Shown one piece after another: positions 17,046-26,464 of a DNA stretch of 64,000 bases. The position numbers and the translations under genes are program-made. The stretch comes from a bacterium (GTDB lineage: Bacteria > Patescibacteriota > Minisyncoccia > JACQLN01), in contig JAUYOV010000007.1 in the NCBI GenBank assembly GCA_030697795.1, positions 73,810 through 137,809 on the forward strand. Direction: 5' to 3'. The notes under the pieces were generated by a model. It worked only from the letters and a program-made list of their open reading frames with translations. It was not told the origin of the DNA and searched no databases. Position 1 is the first letter of the stretch. The number at the start of each line of letters is the position of its first letter.

Positions 17046-18197
17046 ATGACTATCAACGAAACCAACACTTTTGTTTCCCTAGCCCCTCCCAAAGAGGCTC
17101 AATCTATGAAGGATTTGCTTCTGGAAAAAAACATAAATATCGTCGTGCCTAAAGTGGGCGATACCTTACAAGGCCTAGTTATAGAAAAGGGCCGAAACAG
17201 AATATATCTAGATTTAAGCGGTTTTAGAACTGGCGTTCTATATAAGAACGATCTGGAGTCTTTTAATGCCAGTTTTCAAGATATTAAAAAAGACGATATT
17301 TTGACAGTTAAAATAACTGAAATAGAAAATAAAGATGGCTTGGTGGAAGTTTCTTTAATACAAGCTACTATGGACCAATCTTGGGATGTTATAAGAAATC
17401 TTAAAAATAGCGGCGAAGTTATAGAAGCCAAAATAACCGGCGCTAACCGTGGCGGTTTAACCGCTCAAGTAGAAGGGCTTGCCGCTTTTTTGCCGGTATC
17501 CCAGCTGGCCAGCCAAAACTATCCTCATGTTGAAGGCGGCGATAAAGAAGAGATATTAAAAATACTTAAAAAGTTTGTGGGCCAAACAATTTTGGTTAAA
17601 GTTATTGATTACGATCAAAAAAACCAAAAAATAATCCTTTCCGAAAAAGCCAAAATATCTAAAGAAATGGAGGCTAAATTATCTGGCTACAATGTGGGCG
17701 ACAACGTAGCGGGCGAAATATCTGGCTTAGTTGATTTTGGGGCTTTTGTTACATTTAACGGCATTGAAGGTTTAATTCATATTTCGGAAATAGGCTGGCA
17801 ACTGGTGGAAAAACCTAGCGATGTTTTAAAAATAGGCGACAAGATAGAAGCCAAAGTTATTTCTGTAGAAGGCGATAAAATCTCTTTATCTTTAAAGACC
17901 TTAAAGCAAAACCCATGGGATGAAGTTGAAAATAAGTATAAAAAAGGCGATGTGGTTGATGGCACAGTGGTTAAATTTAACCCCTTTGGCGCTTTTGTTA
18001 GATTAGATTCCGAAATACAGGGCTTAGCCCATATTTCCGAATTCAAAACCTATAAAGATATGACCGCCGCCATGGAGCTAGGTAAAACCTATCCTTTTAA
18101 GGTCTCTACTCTAGAGCCCAAAGAATACAAACTGGCCTTACAGCCAGCCTTTGAGTTTAAAATAAGCGGCAGCACCGAAAACTCTATCCAGAGTTGA
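17046..18197 (+). CDS. rpsA: 30S ribosomal protein S1 (short, 4 S1 domains)
   Basis: Four S1-domain repeats (GDTLQGLVIEKGRNRIYLDL; GEVIEAKITGANRGGLTAQVEG; VGDNVAGEISGLVDFGAFVTFNGIEGLIHISEI; KGDVVDGTVVKFNPFGAFVRL...GLAHISEF). Start could alternatively be ATG 17106. Confidence 0.75.
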   Translation: MTINETNTFVSLAPPKEAQSMKDLLLEKNINIVVPKVGDTLQGLVIEKGRNRIYLDLSGFRTGVLYKNDLESFNASFQDIKKDDILTVKITEIENKDGLVEVSLIQATMDQSWDVIRNLKNSGEVIEAKITGANRGGLTAQVEGLAAFLPVSQLASQNYPHVEGGDKEEILKILKKFVGQTILVKVIDYDQKNQKIILSEKAKISKEMEAKLSGYNVGDNVAGEISGLVDFGAFVTFNGIEGLIHISEIGWQLVEKPSDVLKIGDKIEAKVISVEGDKISLSLKTLKQNPWDEVENKYKKGDVVDGTVVKFNPFGAFVRLDSEIQGLAHISEFKTYKDMTAAMELGKTYPFKVSTLEPKEYKLALQPAFEFKISGSTENSIQS

Positions 18198-18305
18198 CAT
18201 CTTATATTCAGTGTGTTAGACTGAACAAGTTTTAAATTAAGTATCAAAAATAAAATATAAAAATTTAAGATTTTTTATATTTGATATTTAATCTTTTATT
18301 TTTTT

Positions 18306-20141
18306 ATGAAAGATGTGTTAAAAAATATATTTTTTGCTTTGGTAATTTTTATGGTTTTGGTCTCCCTTTTCTCGGGAGCTAATACCTTTTTTGTTAAGGA
18401 AAACGTTATTTCCTTGTCCGATTTAGCTCTAAAAGCTAAAGCCGGAGAAATTAAAACTGCTCTAATTTCTGGCGATAAAATAGAACTGGCCTTAACCGAT
18501 GAATCTAAGGCGGTGGCTTACAAAGAAGCTTCCGGTTCTCTTTTAGAAAGCTTAAAGAATTTAGGCGTAAGCGACAACGATATAAAGAAAATAAATATTC
18601 AGGTTAAAACCGAAGGCGGTTTAGCCTATTTTTTAATAAATATTCTGCCTATAGTTCTACCTTTTCTTTTGATCCTGCTTTTCTTTTACTTTATGTTTCG
18701 CCAAGCCAAAGGCGGGCAGATGCAAGCTTTTAATTTTGGCGCTTCCAAAGCTAAATTGTTTGATGCCAATAAAGAAAAAATAAATTTTAAAAATGTGGCG
18801 GGCGCCCATGAAGCCAAAGAAGAACTAAAAGAAGTTGTGGAATTTTTAAAAAGTCCGGCCAAGTTTTTGGGTATGGGCGCTAAAATTCCTCGCGGCGTAA
18901 TTTTAATAGGCTCGCCCGGCACAGGCAAAACCCTGCTCGCCCGGGCCGTAGCCGGCGAAGCCAGTGTGCCGTTTTTTCATATTTCTGGCTCGGAATTTGT
19001 GGAAATGTTTGTGGGCGTAGGCGCCTCTAGAGTTAGAGATTTATTTAATGTAGCCAAAAAACACGCACCCGCCATTGTTTTTATAGACGAAATTGACGCC
19101 GTCGGTAGGCACCGCGGTTCGGGTATGGGCGGTGGCCACGACGAACGCGAACAAACCTTAAACCAAATACTGGTGGAAATGGACGGTTTTGAGCGCGACA
19201 CCAATATTATTGTTATAGCGGCCACCAACAGACCAGACATTTTAGACCCGGCTTTATTGCGCCCGGGACGTTTTGATAGGCGCGTAATAATAGACGAACC
19301 AGATATAAAAAATCGAGAAGAGATTTTAAAAATACACTCCGAAGGCAAACCCTTATCCAGCACTGTTAATTTGCGAATAATTGCCGAGCGCACCCCCGGT
19401 TTTAGCGGAGCTGATTTAGCCAATTTAATGAACGAAGGCGCGATTTCGGCCGCTCGTAAAAATCAAAAAGAAATTACCCAAACCGAGCTGACCGAATCCA
19501 TAGAAAAAGTTATGATGGGGCCGGAAAGGCGCAGTAAAGTTTATTCGGCTAAAGAAAAAGAAATCGTGGCTTTCCACGAAGCTGGCCACGCTTTGGTGGC
19601 CGCTTCCCTTTCTAACGCTGATGCTGTTCATAAAATTTCTATAATTTCGCGTGGCCGAGCTGGGGGTTACACCTTAAAATTGCCAGTGGAAGAAATAAAT
19701 TTTTATTCCAAAAATAAATTTGTAGATGAACTAGCTACTTTGCTGGGCGGTTACGCCGCCGAAAAAACTGTTTTTGGCGATGTGACCACCGGCCCGCATT
19801 CCGATTTAAAAACCGCTTCCGATTTAGCCCGCCGGATCGTGACCGAATACGGTATGTCGGAAAAAATGGGGCCGATGACCTTTGGCGATAGGGAAAGGTT
19901 GGTATTTTTGGGCAAAGAACTCTCGGAAAACAGAAACTATTCCGAATCTGTGGCCACTAAAATAGACGATGAGGTTTCCAGTTTTATAGATAAAGCCTAT
20001 AAAACAGCTATGAAAATTGTTAAAGAGAAAAGAAATGCTCTAAACAAAATCGCGTCTGTGCTTATAGAAAAAGAAACCATAGAGCAAACTGAATTTAATG
20101 AGCTGATGAAAAGCATGCGCATCTCGGGATCAACGGCTTAA
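18306..20141 (+). CDS. ftsH: ATP-dependent zinc metalloprotease FtsH
   Basis: 611 aa. N-terminal TM, Walker [18 protein letters not shown] zinc motif. Confidence 0.95.
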   Translation: MKDVLKNIFFALVIFMVLVSLFSGANTFFVKENVISLSDLALKAKAGEIKTALISGDKIELALTDESKAVAYKEASGSLLESLKNLGVSDNDIKKINIQVKTEGGLAYFLINILPIVLPFLLILLFFYFMFRQAKGGQMQAFNFGASKAKLFDANKEKINFKNVAGAHEAKEELKEVVEFLKSPAKFLGMGAKIPRGVILIGSPGTGKTLLARAVAGEASVPFFHISGSEFVEMFVGVGASRVRDLFNVAKKHAPAIVFIDEIDAVGRHRGSGMGGGHDEREQTLNQILVEMDGFERDTNIIVIAATNRPDILDPALLRPGRFDRRVIIDEPDIKNREEILKIHSEGKPLSSTVNLRIIAERTPGFSGADLANLMNEGAISAARKNQKEITQTELTESIEKVMMGPERRSKVYSAKEKEIVAFHEAGHALVAASLSNADAVHKISIISRGRAGGYTLKLPVEEINFYSKNKFVDELATLLGGYAAEKTVFGDVTTGPHSDLKTASDLARRIVTEYGMSEKMGPMTFGDRERLVFLGKELSENRNYSESVATKIDDEVSSFIDKAYKTAMKIVKEKRNALNKIASVLIEKETIEQTEFNELMKSMRISGSTA

Positions 20142-20163
20142 AAAATTTCTGAAATGATTATAA

Positions 20164-20193
20164 AAACACCTCCTTGAATAAGGAGGTGTTTTT
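20164..20193 (+). terminator. Rho-independent terminator after ftsH
   Basis: aaacacctccttgaataaggaggtgttttt. Confidence 0.65.
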
Positions 20194-20252
20194 AGTTAAA
20201 GTAAGTTCATATGTAAGGGCATTGCCCTTCGTAGCTCCAAAGGAGCGAAGTA

Positions 20253-20329
20253 GGGCGTGTAGCTCAATTGGTTAGAGCACAGAGCTTATACCTCTGCGGT
20301 TCTAGGTTCGAGTCCTAGCACGCCCACCA
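20253..20329 (+). tRNA. tRNA-Ile with anticodon TAT (UAU), CCA encoded
   Basis: GGGCGTGTAGCTCAATTGGTTAGAGCACAGAGCTTATACCTCTGCGGTTCTAGGTTCGAGTCCTAGCACGCCCACCA. Ile-like body (compare E. coli Ile GGGCCTGTAGCTCAG...). Anticodon loop CTTATAC. Confidence 0.75.
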
Positions 20330-20406
20330 CGTAGGAAAAGTCAAAGAGTTTTGGGGGCAAAAACAAATTGGCGGTTTCGCATTTTGGGGGAAGAAAATTT
20401 TTAATC

Positions 20407-20637
20407 ATGATGAATAAATTAGAAAAAACAATTTTTTGGGGCGGTTTGATAGTTATAATCATAGATAATATCTATTGGCAGTGGTGGATTAAACTAACAG
20501 TAGACCCGTCTGTTGGCGGAGATGTCTTCAAAGGGTGGAGTATGGCTTGGGATATAATTTTTTTGGCTGTATGGGTTTATGTTCTTATCCGAATTTATAA
20601 AAGAGCCAGCAGAAAAGAAAAAGAAACAGGCGAATAG
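20407..20637 (+). CDS. Hypothetical small membrane protein
   Basis: Two hydrophobic helices. Start taken at first ATG (MMNKLEKT); the track ORF starts upstream at a non-ATG codon. Confidence 0.35.
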   Translation: MMNKLEKTIFWGGLIVIIIDNIYWQWWIKLTVDPSVGGDVFKGWSMAWDIIFLAVWVYVLIRIYKRASRKEKETGE

Positions 20638-20652
20638 GAACTTAAAAAATAC

Positions 20653-21108
20653 ATGGACTCTCAAAACAAAACTTTTAGTTACGCTGGATTTTGGAAAAGA
20701 TTTGCCGCTTTTATCATAGACATGTTTATTGTGTCTATCGGTGGTTTTATTATTGGTTTTATATTTGGAGTTCCCTACGATGTTCTCACTGGCAAAGCTG
20801 AGCTTGTTGGATTTGCCGATGATTATATTCTTAGTTTCATTTTGAGTTTTCTGCTTGTTTGGATTTACCAAGCGGTCATGGAAAGCTCTTCTAAACAAGC
20901 GACTCTTGGCAAAATGGCTCTTGGAATAATAGTTACTGATTTAGATGGAAGCCGAGTATCTTTCGGAAAAGCATCGGGTCGCTATTTTGGACAAATGCTT
21001 TCCGGGTTTATCCTCGGTATAGGATTTCTCATGATTGCTTTTACTGCAAGAAAACAGGGTCTTCACGATAAAATGGCTGGTTGTTTTGTTGTAAATAAAA
21101 ATGCATAG
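20653..21108 (+). CDS. RDD-family membrane protein
   Basis: 151 aa. FWKRFAAFIIDMFIV...KQGLHDKMAGCFVV matches RDD-domain topology/motif. Confidence 0.6.
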   Translation: MDSQNKTFSYAGFWKRFAAFIIDMFIVSIGGFIIGFIFGVPYDVLTGKAELVGFADDYILSFILSFLLVWIYQAVMESSSKQATLGKMALGIIVTDLDGSRVSFGKASGRYFGQMLSGFILGIGFLMIAFTARKQGLHDKMAGCFVVNKNA

Positions 21109-21200
21109 ATTTTTGTCACCAAAGAAAAACTTGAAATCGTAAAAACTTAAGTTTTAATTTCGGAATATTTAACCAGACTACCAATACCAAACTCACAACT

Positions 21201-21230
21201 CTCATTTTCACGCTCGAGCGTGAAAATGAG
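21201..21230. repeat. 30-nt perfect palindrome ctcattttcacgCTCGAGcgtgaaaatgag (CTCGAG-palindrome family, copy 1)
   Basis: Read directly. Preceded by ccaata and followed by ggaaagtttaa, as is copy 2. Confidence 0.8.
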
Positions 21231-21366
21231 GAAAGTTTAAATCTAAATTAGTCCAATGTTGACTTATAAATTATGTTTTGTTATAAATCTTAAATCGGAA
21301 AAACCGATAATCCCTTAACAGGGAAATTGCAATAACTTAGTCCCTTAAAAGAAAGAGAGTGATACC

Positions 21367-21669
21367 GTGAAAAGATCTAGATCTACGCTGTATCTAGTTC
21401 TCCTAGCTACAATTTTTGCCATCAGCTGTACTGCTGGACCAAACTCTGCAGTAGGGACATCTGCTTTGGATGGCAATATCGCTGGTTTCTGGCTCGGTCT
21501 ATGGCAAGGAATGATTATAGGGTTTTCGTTTATTATTTCACTCTTTTCTGATAGTGTGCGCATATACGAAACGCACAACAACGGAAGCTGGTATGACTGG
21601 GGTTTTGTGCTCGGTATTGGCGGACTAAGTGCTTCTTTAAAATTACTAGACAGAAAAAGTAATAAATAA
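21367..21669 (+). CDS. Hypothetical small lipoprotein/membrane protein (GC-richer)
   Basis: 100 aa. Signal peptide with lipobox-like IFAISC. Terminator follows at 21697-21735. Confidence 0.45.
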   Translation: MKRSRSTLYLVLLATIFAISCTAGPNSAVGTSALDGNIAGFWLGLWQGMIIGFSFIISLFSDSVRIYETHNNGSWYDWGFVLGIGGLSASLKLLDRKSNK

Positions 21670-21696
21670 TAGAGTTACTCCTAACAACCTTCATCA

Positions 21697-21735
21697 CGAA
21701 CTCCTAGCAGGCAAACTCCGCTAGGAGTTTTTTTA
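21697..21735 (+). terminator. Rho-independent terminator
   Basis: aactcctagcaggcaaactccgctaggagtt + tttttattt. Confidence 0.6.
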
Positions 21736-21759
21736 TTTAATTAACAAAATCCAATAACT

Positions 21760-21789
21760 CTCATTTTCTCGCTCGAGCGGGAAAATGCG
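21760..21789. repeat. CTCGAG-palindrome family, copy 2 (ctcattttctcgCTCGAGcgggaaaatgcg)
   Basis: Read directly. Stem differs from copy 1 by compensatory changes. Confidence 0.75.
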
Positions 21790-21821
21790 GAAAGTTTAAG
21801 ACTGATAGACAAAATTAAATT

Positions 21822-22388
21822 TTAAGATAATCCGAAGCTATTCTTGAGAGCTAAGTCATCATCAAACTTACTAATTTCCAAAAACCTTACGTGCGGGCGT
21901 AAGTTGAAGAATTCAACCACGTAATCAACCTCATTTTTGCATTCATAAGGCAAAATGAAAGCGCTTTCCTGGTATTTTATAAATCCCAGCTGTTTTAGCA
22001 TATTTCTTAGCACATCCCTTTCTTTTTTACGTTTATTGGGTATATCGAACATAACCATTCGCCATTTGCCGTCCCATCTGGCGGGTTTTTTGATGGTCAT
22101 GGTATCCATATTGTAAGTTAAAGCCTTTTTGCGCCCATCATCCGAAAGAACCACCGTCATAGAACCGTTTTCATGTTCTCTGGCTTCTATAAGTTTAGAT
22201 TCATAAAGTGATTTTATAGCGCGCTTAAGCGAGGTCTCATTAATTTTATTCCATTCATCTGCTACACTTTTAATAACAGCAAAATATTTTTTAGGCGTAC
22301 CCGCCAAAGAAAGCCCTACTCCCCCAGCCAGCAATAATATAATTTTTTTCTTTGTTGGGCCTAATTTGTTAAAACTATTCTTATCCAT
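21822..22388 (-). CDS. PaaX-like winged-helix transcriptional regulator (short form)
   Basis: 188 aa. ...ARWDGKWRMVMFDIP...LKQLGF...ESAFILPY parallels the E. coli PaaX central WDGKWLLLLSEGL...LIWQGFG region. N-terminal wHTH-like segment. Confidence 0.45.
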   Translation of the reverse strand: MDKNSFNKLGPTKKKIILLLAGGVGLSLAGTPKKYFAVIKSVADEWNKINETSLKRAIKSLYESKLIEAREHENGSMTVVLSDDGRKKALTYNMDTMTIKKPARWDGKWRMVMFDIPNKRKKERDVLRNMLKQLGFIKYQESAFILPYECKNEVDYVVEFFNLRPHVRFLEISKFDDDLALKNSFGLS

Positions 22389-22490
22389 TTTATATTTTTA
22401 TTTATCTTATTATATATAATATTTTTATATAAGATTATTTTATTTATACAACACTTTATACAATATTCTAACCTACTTCCGCTAGACAAT

Positions 22491-22520
22491 CTCATTTTCA
22501 AGCTCGAGCGACAAAATGAG
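22491..22520. repeat. CTCGAG-palindrome family, copy 3 (ctcattttcaagCTCGAGcgacaaaatgag, imperfect)
   Basis: Read directly. Confidence 0.7.
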
Positions 22521-22569
22521 AATAGTTAGAAACGGATGTTTTAATTAATTAGAGTATACACCATATTTT

Positions 22570-23079
22570 ATGTTCCATATAGAATCAAATTCTCCACAAC
22601 ATTTAAAAGTAGGAAAAGCAGGCGAAGACATTGCCTGTAAATATTTAAAAAACAAAGGCTATAAAATAATAGAAAGAAATTTTAGAAGAAAGTGGGGCGA
22701 AATAGATATTGTTTGTTTAAAAAAAAATAATAACGGTTCTATATGGAATAAAATAGCTAATAATGTTTTAGTTGTTCTACAGGGAACAAATTACAACAGA
22801 CAAAACTTAAATATTGATCTGTGCGATGATCCACAAGAAGCAAGTAATAATAAACTTATTTTTGTTGAAGTAAAAACATTAAAAGAAGGATCTGGCTTAA
22901 GTCCGGAAGATAATCTGACTTACTCCAAACAAAAGAAACTAATTAGAACATGTAAATTATATGTTTCAAATAATCCTACATATGCAGATTACGACTGGCA
23001 AATAGATGTGATATTAATAAACATAAATAGTGATCTAAAGAAAGCAAAAATAAAACATATGGAATCAGCCATATATTGA
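22570..23079 (+). CDS. yraN: YraN-family (UPF0102) endonuclease-like protein with low-complexity insertion
   Basis: GKAGEDIACKYLKNKGYKIIERNFRRKWGEIDIV...LIFVEVKT matches the YraN/UPF0102 core. Asn-rich insert in the middle. Confidence 0.6.
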   Translation: MFHIESNSPQHLKVGKAGEDIACKYLKNKGYKIIERNFRRKWGEIDIVCLKKNNNGSIWNKIANNVLVVLQGTNYNRQNLNIDLCDDPQEASNNKLIFVEVKTLKEGSGLSPEDNLTYSKQKKLIRTCKLYVSNNPTYADYDWQIDVILININSDLKKAKIKHMESAIY

Positions 23080-23163
23080 TATAATAGAAAAATATTTTTA
23101 TTAATTCCTTACAGGAAACCCCGCACTCTGTGCTGGGAGAAGATAATTTAACCTAAACCTACT

Positions 23164-23201
23164 CAATCTCATAATCACGCTCGAGCGTGATTATGAGATT
23201 G
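23164..23201. repeat. CTCGAG-palindrome family, copy 4 (38-nt perfect palindrome caatctcataatcacgCTCGAGcgtgattatgagattg)
   Basis: Read directly. Confidence 0.8.
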
Positions 23202-23463
23202 AATTTCATTAAAGAAAAAAACAAAAAGAACAAAAAAATGGAAAATGGAATGGAAAATGGTCAGATTGTTATTGGTTTATTTGATTCATTTGGTTTATAG
23301 GCTTATCTCTAAGCTATTTAATATGAAATTATTTAATATTAAATAAAGAGACCAGATATTACAAACAATATCCACATTTGCCAAAAAAGATAATGGCTGT
23401 TAATATTATATAAATAAGTTAAGTACCCACTTGGAACAGTGACGCTGTCCCAGTTGATCTTTC

Positions 23464-23730
23464 ATGCTTACAACAAAACAAAAGGATAAAATAATCAAGT
23501 CTTATCAAGACCACGAAAAAGACACTGGTTCAGCCAGTGTTCAAGTTGCCGTAACCACAGAAGAAATAGAACGGCTAGCTTCACATCTTAAGAAAAACCC
23601 TAAGGATAACCACTCGCGCCGAGGGCTTCTTAAGATGGTATCCAAAAGAAAATCCCTTTTGGATTATTTATCTAAAAACGACGAGAAAAAATATAATTCT
23701 CTGATCCGCAAATTGGGATTAAAGAAGTAA
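23464..23730 (+). CDS. rpsO: 30S ribosomal protein S15
   Basis: 88 aa. ...DTGSASVQVAVTTEEIERLASHLKKNPKDNHSRRGLLKMVSKRKSLLDYL is the canonical S15 sequence pattern. Confidence 0.9.
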   Translation: MLTTKQKDKIIKSYQDHEKDTGSASVQVAVTTEEIERLASHLKKNPKDNHSRRGLLKMVSKRKSLLDYLSKNDEKKYNSLIRKLGLKK

Positions 23731-23746
23731 GATAGCCAATCAAAAG

Positions 23747-24262
23747 ATGAGCGCAATAAAGCATAAAGAACAAAGAGTAGGCGTTTTTATAGACGTCCAA
23801 AACTTATACCACTCTGCCAAACATATATACAGTAGCAGAGTTAATTTTAAAGAAGTCTTGCGCATGGCCACCTCCGGCAGGAAACTTGTTAGAGTTATCG
23901 CCTACGTTATAAAAACAGAGTCTGGCGAGGAAAAGTCTTTTTTTGAGGCTCTAAATAAATTAGGTATAGAAATGAGGGTTAAAGATCTTCAGATTTTTCC
24001 TGGTGGCATGAAAAAAGGCGATTGGGATGTAGGCCTGGCCGTTGATGCTGTTAGGTTATCGGCCCAGCTGGATGCCGTTGTTTTAGTTACGGGCGATGGT
24101 GATTTTGTGCCATTGGTTGAATATTTAAAGTTTAATCGCGGACTTCAGGTTGAAGTTATGGCTTTTGAAAGAACCGCCTCGAGCAAACTTATGGAATCTG
24201 CCGATATTTTTATTAATTTAGGAATTAACGAACAATATTTACTAGGTAAAAACAATAAATAA
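23747..24262 (+). CDS. NYN-domain (LabA-like/DUF88) protein inserted between rpsO and pnp
   Basis: 171 aa. VGVFIDVQNLYHSAKH...DVGLAVDAVRLSAQLDAVVLVTGDGDFVPLVEYL is the NYN/LabA signature. Confidence 0.6.
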   Translation: MSAIKHKEQRVGVFIDVQNLYHSAKHIYSSRVNFKEVLRMATSGRKLVRVIAYVIKTESGEEKSFFEALNKLGIEMRVKDLQIFPGGMKKGDWDVGLAVDAVRLSAQLDAVVLVTGDGDFVPLVEYLKFNRGLQVEVMAFERTASSKLMESADIFINLGINEQYLLGKNNK

Positions 24263-24342
24263 AGCCGACACTCAATCGGAAAGCGAGTTTATCCTTATGT
24301 TTCTTGGCGAAGGGAATATAAGGATATATTCGAGCCTTGGTT

Positions 24343-24362
24343 GTATTGTCGGCCGACAATAC
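24343..24362 (+). promoter_or_regulatory. 20-nt perfect palindrome in pnp 5' leader, 2 nt before the start codon
   Basis: gtattgtcggccgacaatac read directly. In position to occlude the translation-initiation region. Confidence 0.35.
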
Positions 24363-24364
24363 AA

Positions 24365-26464
24365 ATGAATAACAAAAAAAGATTTGAAACCGAAATCGGT
24401 TCAAAGAAATTAGTGGTAGAAACAGGACACTGGGCTATACAAGCCAGTGGCGCTGTAACGGTAAGCTATGGAGAAACAGTAGTACTAGCTACTGTAGTTA
24501 TGTCTAAAAACGAAAGAACTGGCATAGACTATTTCCCTTTAACCGTAGATTTTGATGAAAAATTTTATGCCGCAGGTAAAATCAAAGCTTCCCGCTGGGT
24601 TAAAAGAGAGGGTAGACCTACGGACGAGGCTATTTTAACAGCCAGATTAGCCGATAGAACCCTGCGACCACTTTTTAACCACAGATTAAGAAACGAAGTT
24701 CAGCTTATCTTAACTGTACTGTCTTTTGACGGAGAAAACGATCCAGATGTACCAGCCATAATTGCAGGCTCCACCGCTATATTAATTTCCGGTATTCCTT
24801 GGAACGGGCCGGTTGGGGCTATAAGAGTAAGTCGAGATGAAAATAAAAAAATAGTAATAAACCCTACTTATGCCGAGCGCGCAAAAAGCGATTTAGATTT
24901 AGTAGTGGCCGGCCCAGAAAAATTAGTAAATATGATAGAGTGCCGGTCCCGCGAAGTAACCGAGGAAGATTTGCTGGTGGCTTTTGAAAGCGCCCAAAAA
25001 GAAATTCAAAAGATAATAGATTTTCAAAAAAATATTGCCGAATCTCTTGGTCATAAATCGTTATTAACCGCTGTGCCTTCGGCCGATGAAATCTTAAGAA
25101 AAGAAATAAAAAATTTTGTGGGCCAGCGCTTAGCAGAAACAATTTCTAAGGGCGATATGAACGCAACTGAAGAAATTAAAAAAGAATACTTCCAAAACCT
25201 GTCCGAAGAAAAGAAAAATCCCAAAAATATAGCCGAGGCCAACATTCTTTTTGAAGAAGAAATGAATGAAATAATCCACAGAAATGTTTTAGAAAAAAAT
25301 CAGCGTGTGGACGGCAGAAAAATAGAAGAAATTCGCCCTTTGAGCATTGAAGTTGGTGTATTACCGCGCACCCATGGTTCAGCTATTTTCCAAAGAGGCC
25401 AAACCCAAGCTTTGTGTGTAGCTACACTGGGCGCGCCAGGTATGGAGCAAGCCATTGAAACCATGGAATTTGAAGGCACTAAGCGCTATATCCACCATTA
25501 CAACTTTCCTCCGTTTTCATCTGGAGAAACAGGTAAAACTGGCAACCCCGGCCGAAGAGAAATCGGTCACGGCGCTTTAGCCGAAAGCGCGCTAGAACCG
25601 GTAATTCCTGCTAAAGTGGATTTTCCTTATACCGTTAGAATCGTAACAGAAATACTTTCTTCCAATGGTTCAACGTCTATGGCCGCAACTTGCGGTTCGA
25701 CTTTGGCTTTAATGGACGCTGGGGTGAAAATTAAAAAACCGGTGGCGGGCATAGCTATGGGCTTATTTATTGAAGACGAAACCAATCCAGAAAAAAAATT
25801 CGTGGTGGTCACAGATCTGCAAGGCGCGGAAGATCACTACGGCGATATGGATTTTAAAATAGCTGGCACCACAGAAGGTGTTAACGTTTTGCAGTTGGAC
25901 GTAAAAATATCTGGTCTAACTTCTAAAATACTGGCTCAAGCCTTAACTCAAGCCAAAAAAGCTAGATTAGAAATTCTGGAAGCCATGCTTAAAGTTATAC
26001 CTAAACCCAGAGAGAAAATGTCACCTTATGCACCGAAAATATTAACTTTAAAAATAAATCCTGCTAAAATTAGAGATGTTATTGGCGTCGGCGGAAAAAC
26101 TATACACCAGATAACAGACGAAACAGGTGTTACAATAGATATAGATGACGATGGCACTATATTTATAACTTCCAGCGATGAAGCCTCGGCCGAAAAAGCC
26201 AAGGAATGGATAAACAACCTGACGCGCGAGATTATTCAAGGCGAAATATTCCAAGGTAAAATAGTAAAAATATTAGATTTTGGAGCCTTTGCCGAAATAC
26301 TGCCGGGCCAGCAGGGTCTGATTCACATTTCCGAATTAGCGCCCTTTCGCGTAAACAGAGTGGAGGATATTGTTAATATAGGCGACATTGTGCCTGTTAT
26401 AGTAAAAAACATAGACACCGAAGGCAGAATTAATCTTTCGCTTAAAGACGCGCAAAAAAAATAA
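24365..26464 (+). CDS. pnp: Polynucleotide phosphorylase
   Basis: About 700 aa. Two RNase PH domains, KH and C-terminal S1 domain (GKIVKILDFGAFAEILPGQQGLIHISEL). Start chosen at ATG MNNKKRFETEIG; the track ORF begins at upstream TTG inside the palindrome. Confidence 0.92.
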   Translation: MNNKKRFETEIGSKKLVVETGHWAIQASGAVTVSYGETVVLATVVMSKNERTGIDYFPLTVDFDEKFYAAGKIKASRWVKREGRPTDEAILTARLADRTLRPLFNHRLRNEVQLILTVLSFDGENDPDVPAIIAGSTAILISGIPWNGPVGAIRVSRDENKKIVINPTYAERAKSDLDLVVAGPEKLVNMIECRSREVTEEDLLVAFESAQKEIQKIIDFQKNIAESLGHKSLLTAVPSADEILRKEIKNFVGQRLAETISKGDMNATEEIKKEYFQNLSEEKKNPKNIAEANILFEEEMNEIIHRNVLEKNQRVDGRKIEEIRPLSIEVGVLPRTHGSAIFQRGQTQALCVATLGAPGMEQAIETMEFEGTKRYIHHYNFPPFSSGETGKTGNPGRREIGHGALAESALEPVIPAKVDFPYTVRIVTEILSSNGSTSMAATCGSTLALMDAGVKIKKPVAGIAMGLFIEDETNPEKKFVVVTDLQGAEDHYGDMDFKIAGTTEGVNVLQLDVKISGLTSKILAQALTQAKKARLEILEAMLKVIPKPREKMSPYAPKILTLKINPAKIRDVIGVGGKTIHQITDETGVTIDIDDDGTIFITSSDEASAEKAKEWINNLTREIIQGEIFQGKIVKILDFGAFAEILPGQQGLIHISELAPFRVNRVEDIVNIGDIVPVIVKNIDTEGRINLSLKDAQKK

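Noticed and set aside
16964-17092. N-terminal 43 aa of the 116-aa minus-strand track ORF upstream of relE
   Set aside because: Would overlap the rpsA start region. The hydrophobic, odd-composition N-terminus is unlike antitoxins, so a shorter internal Met start was preferred. The track itself displays alternative starts as M.
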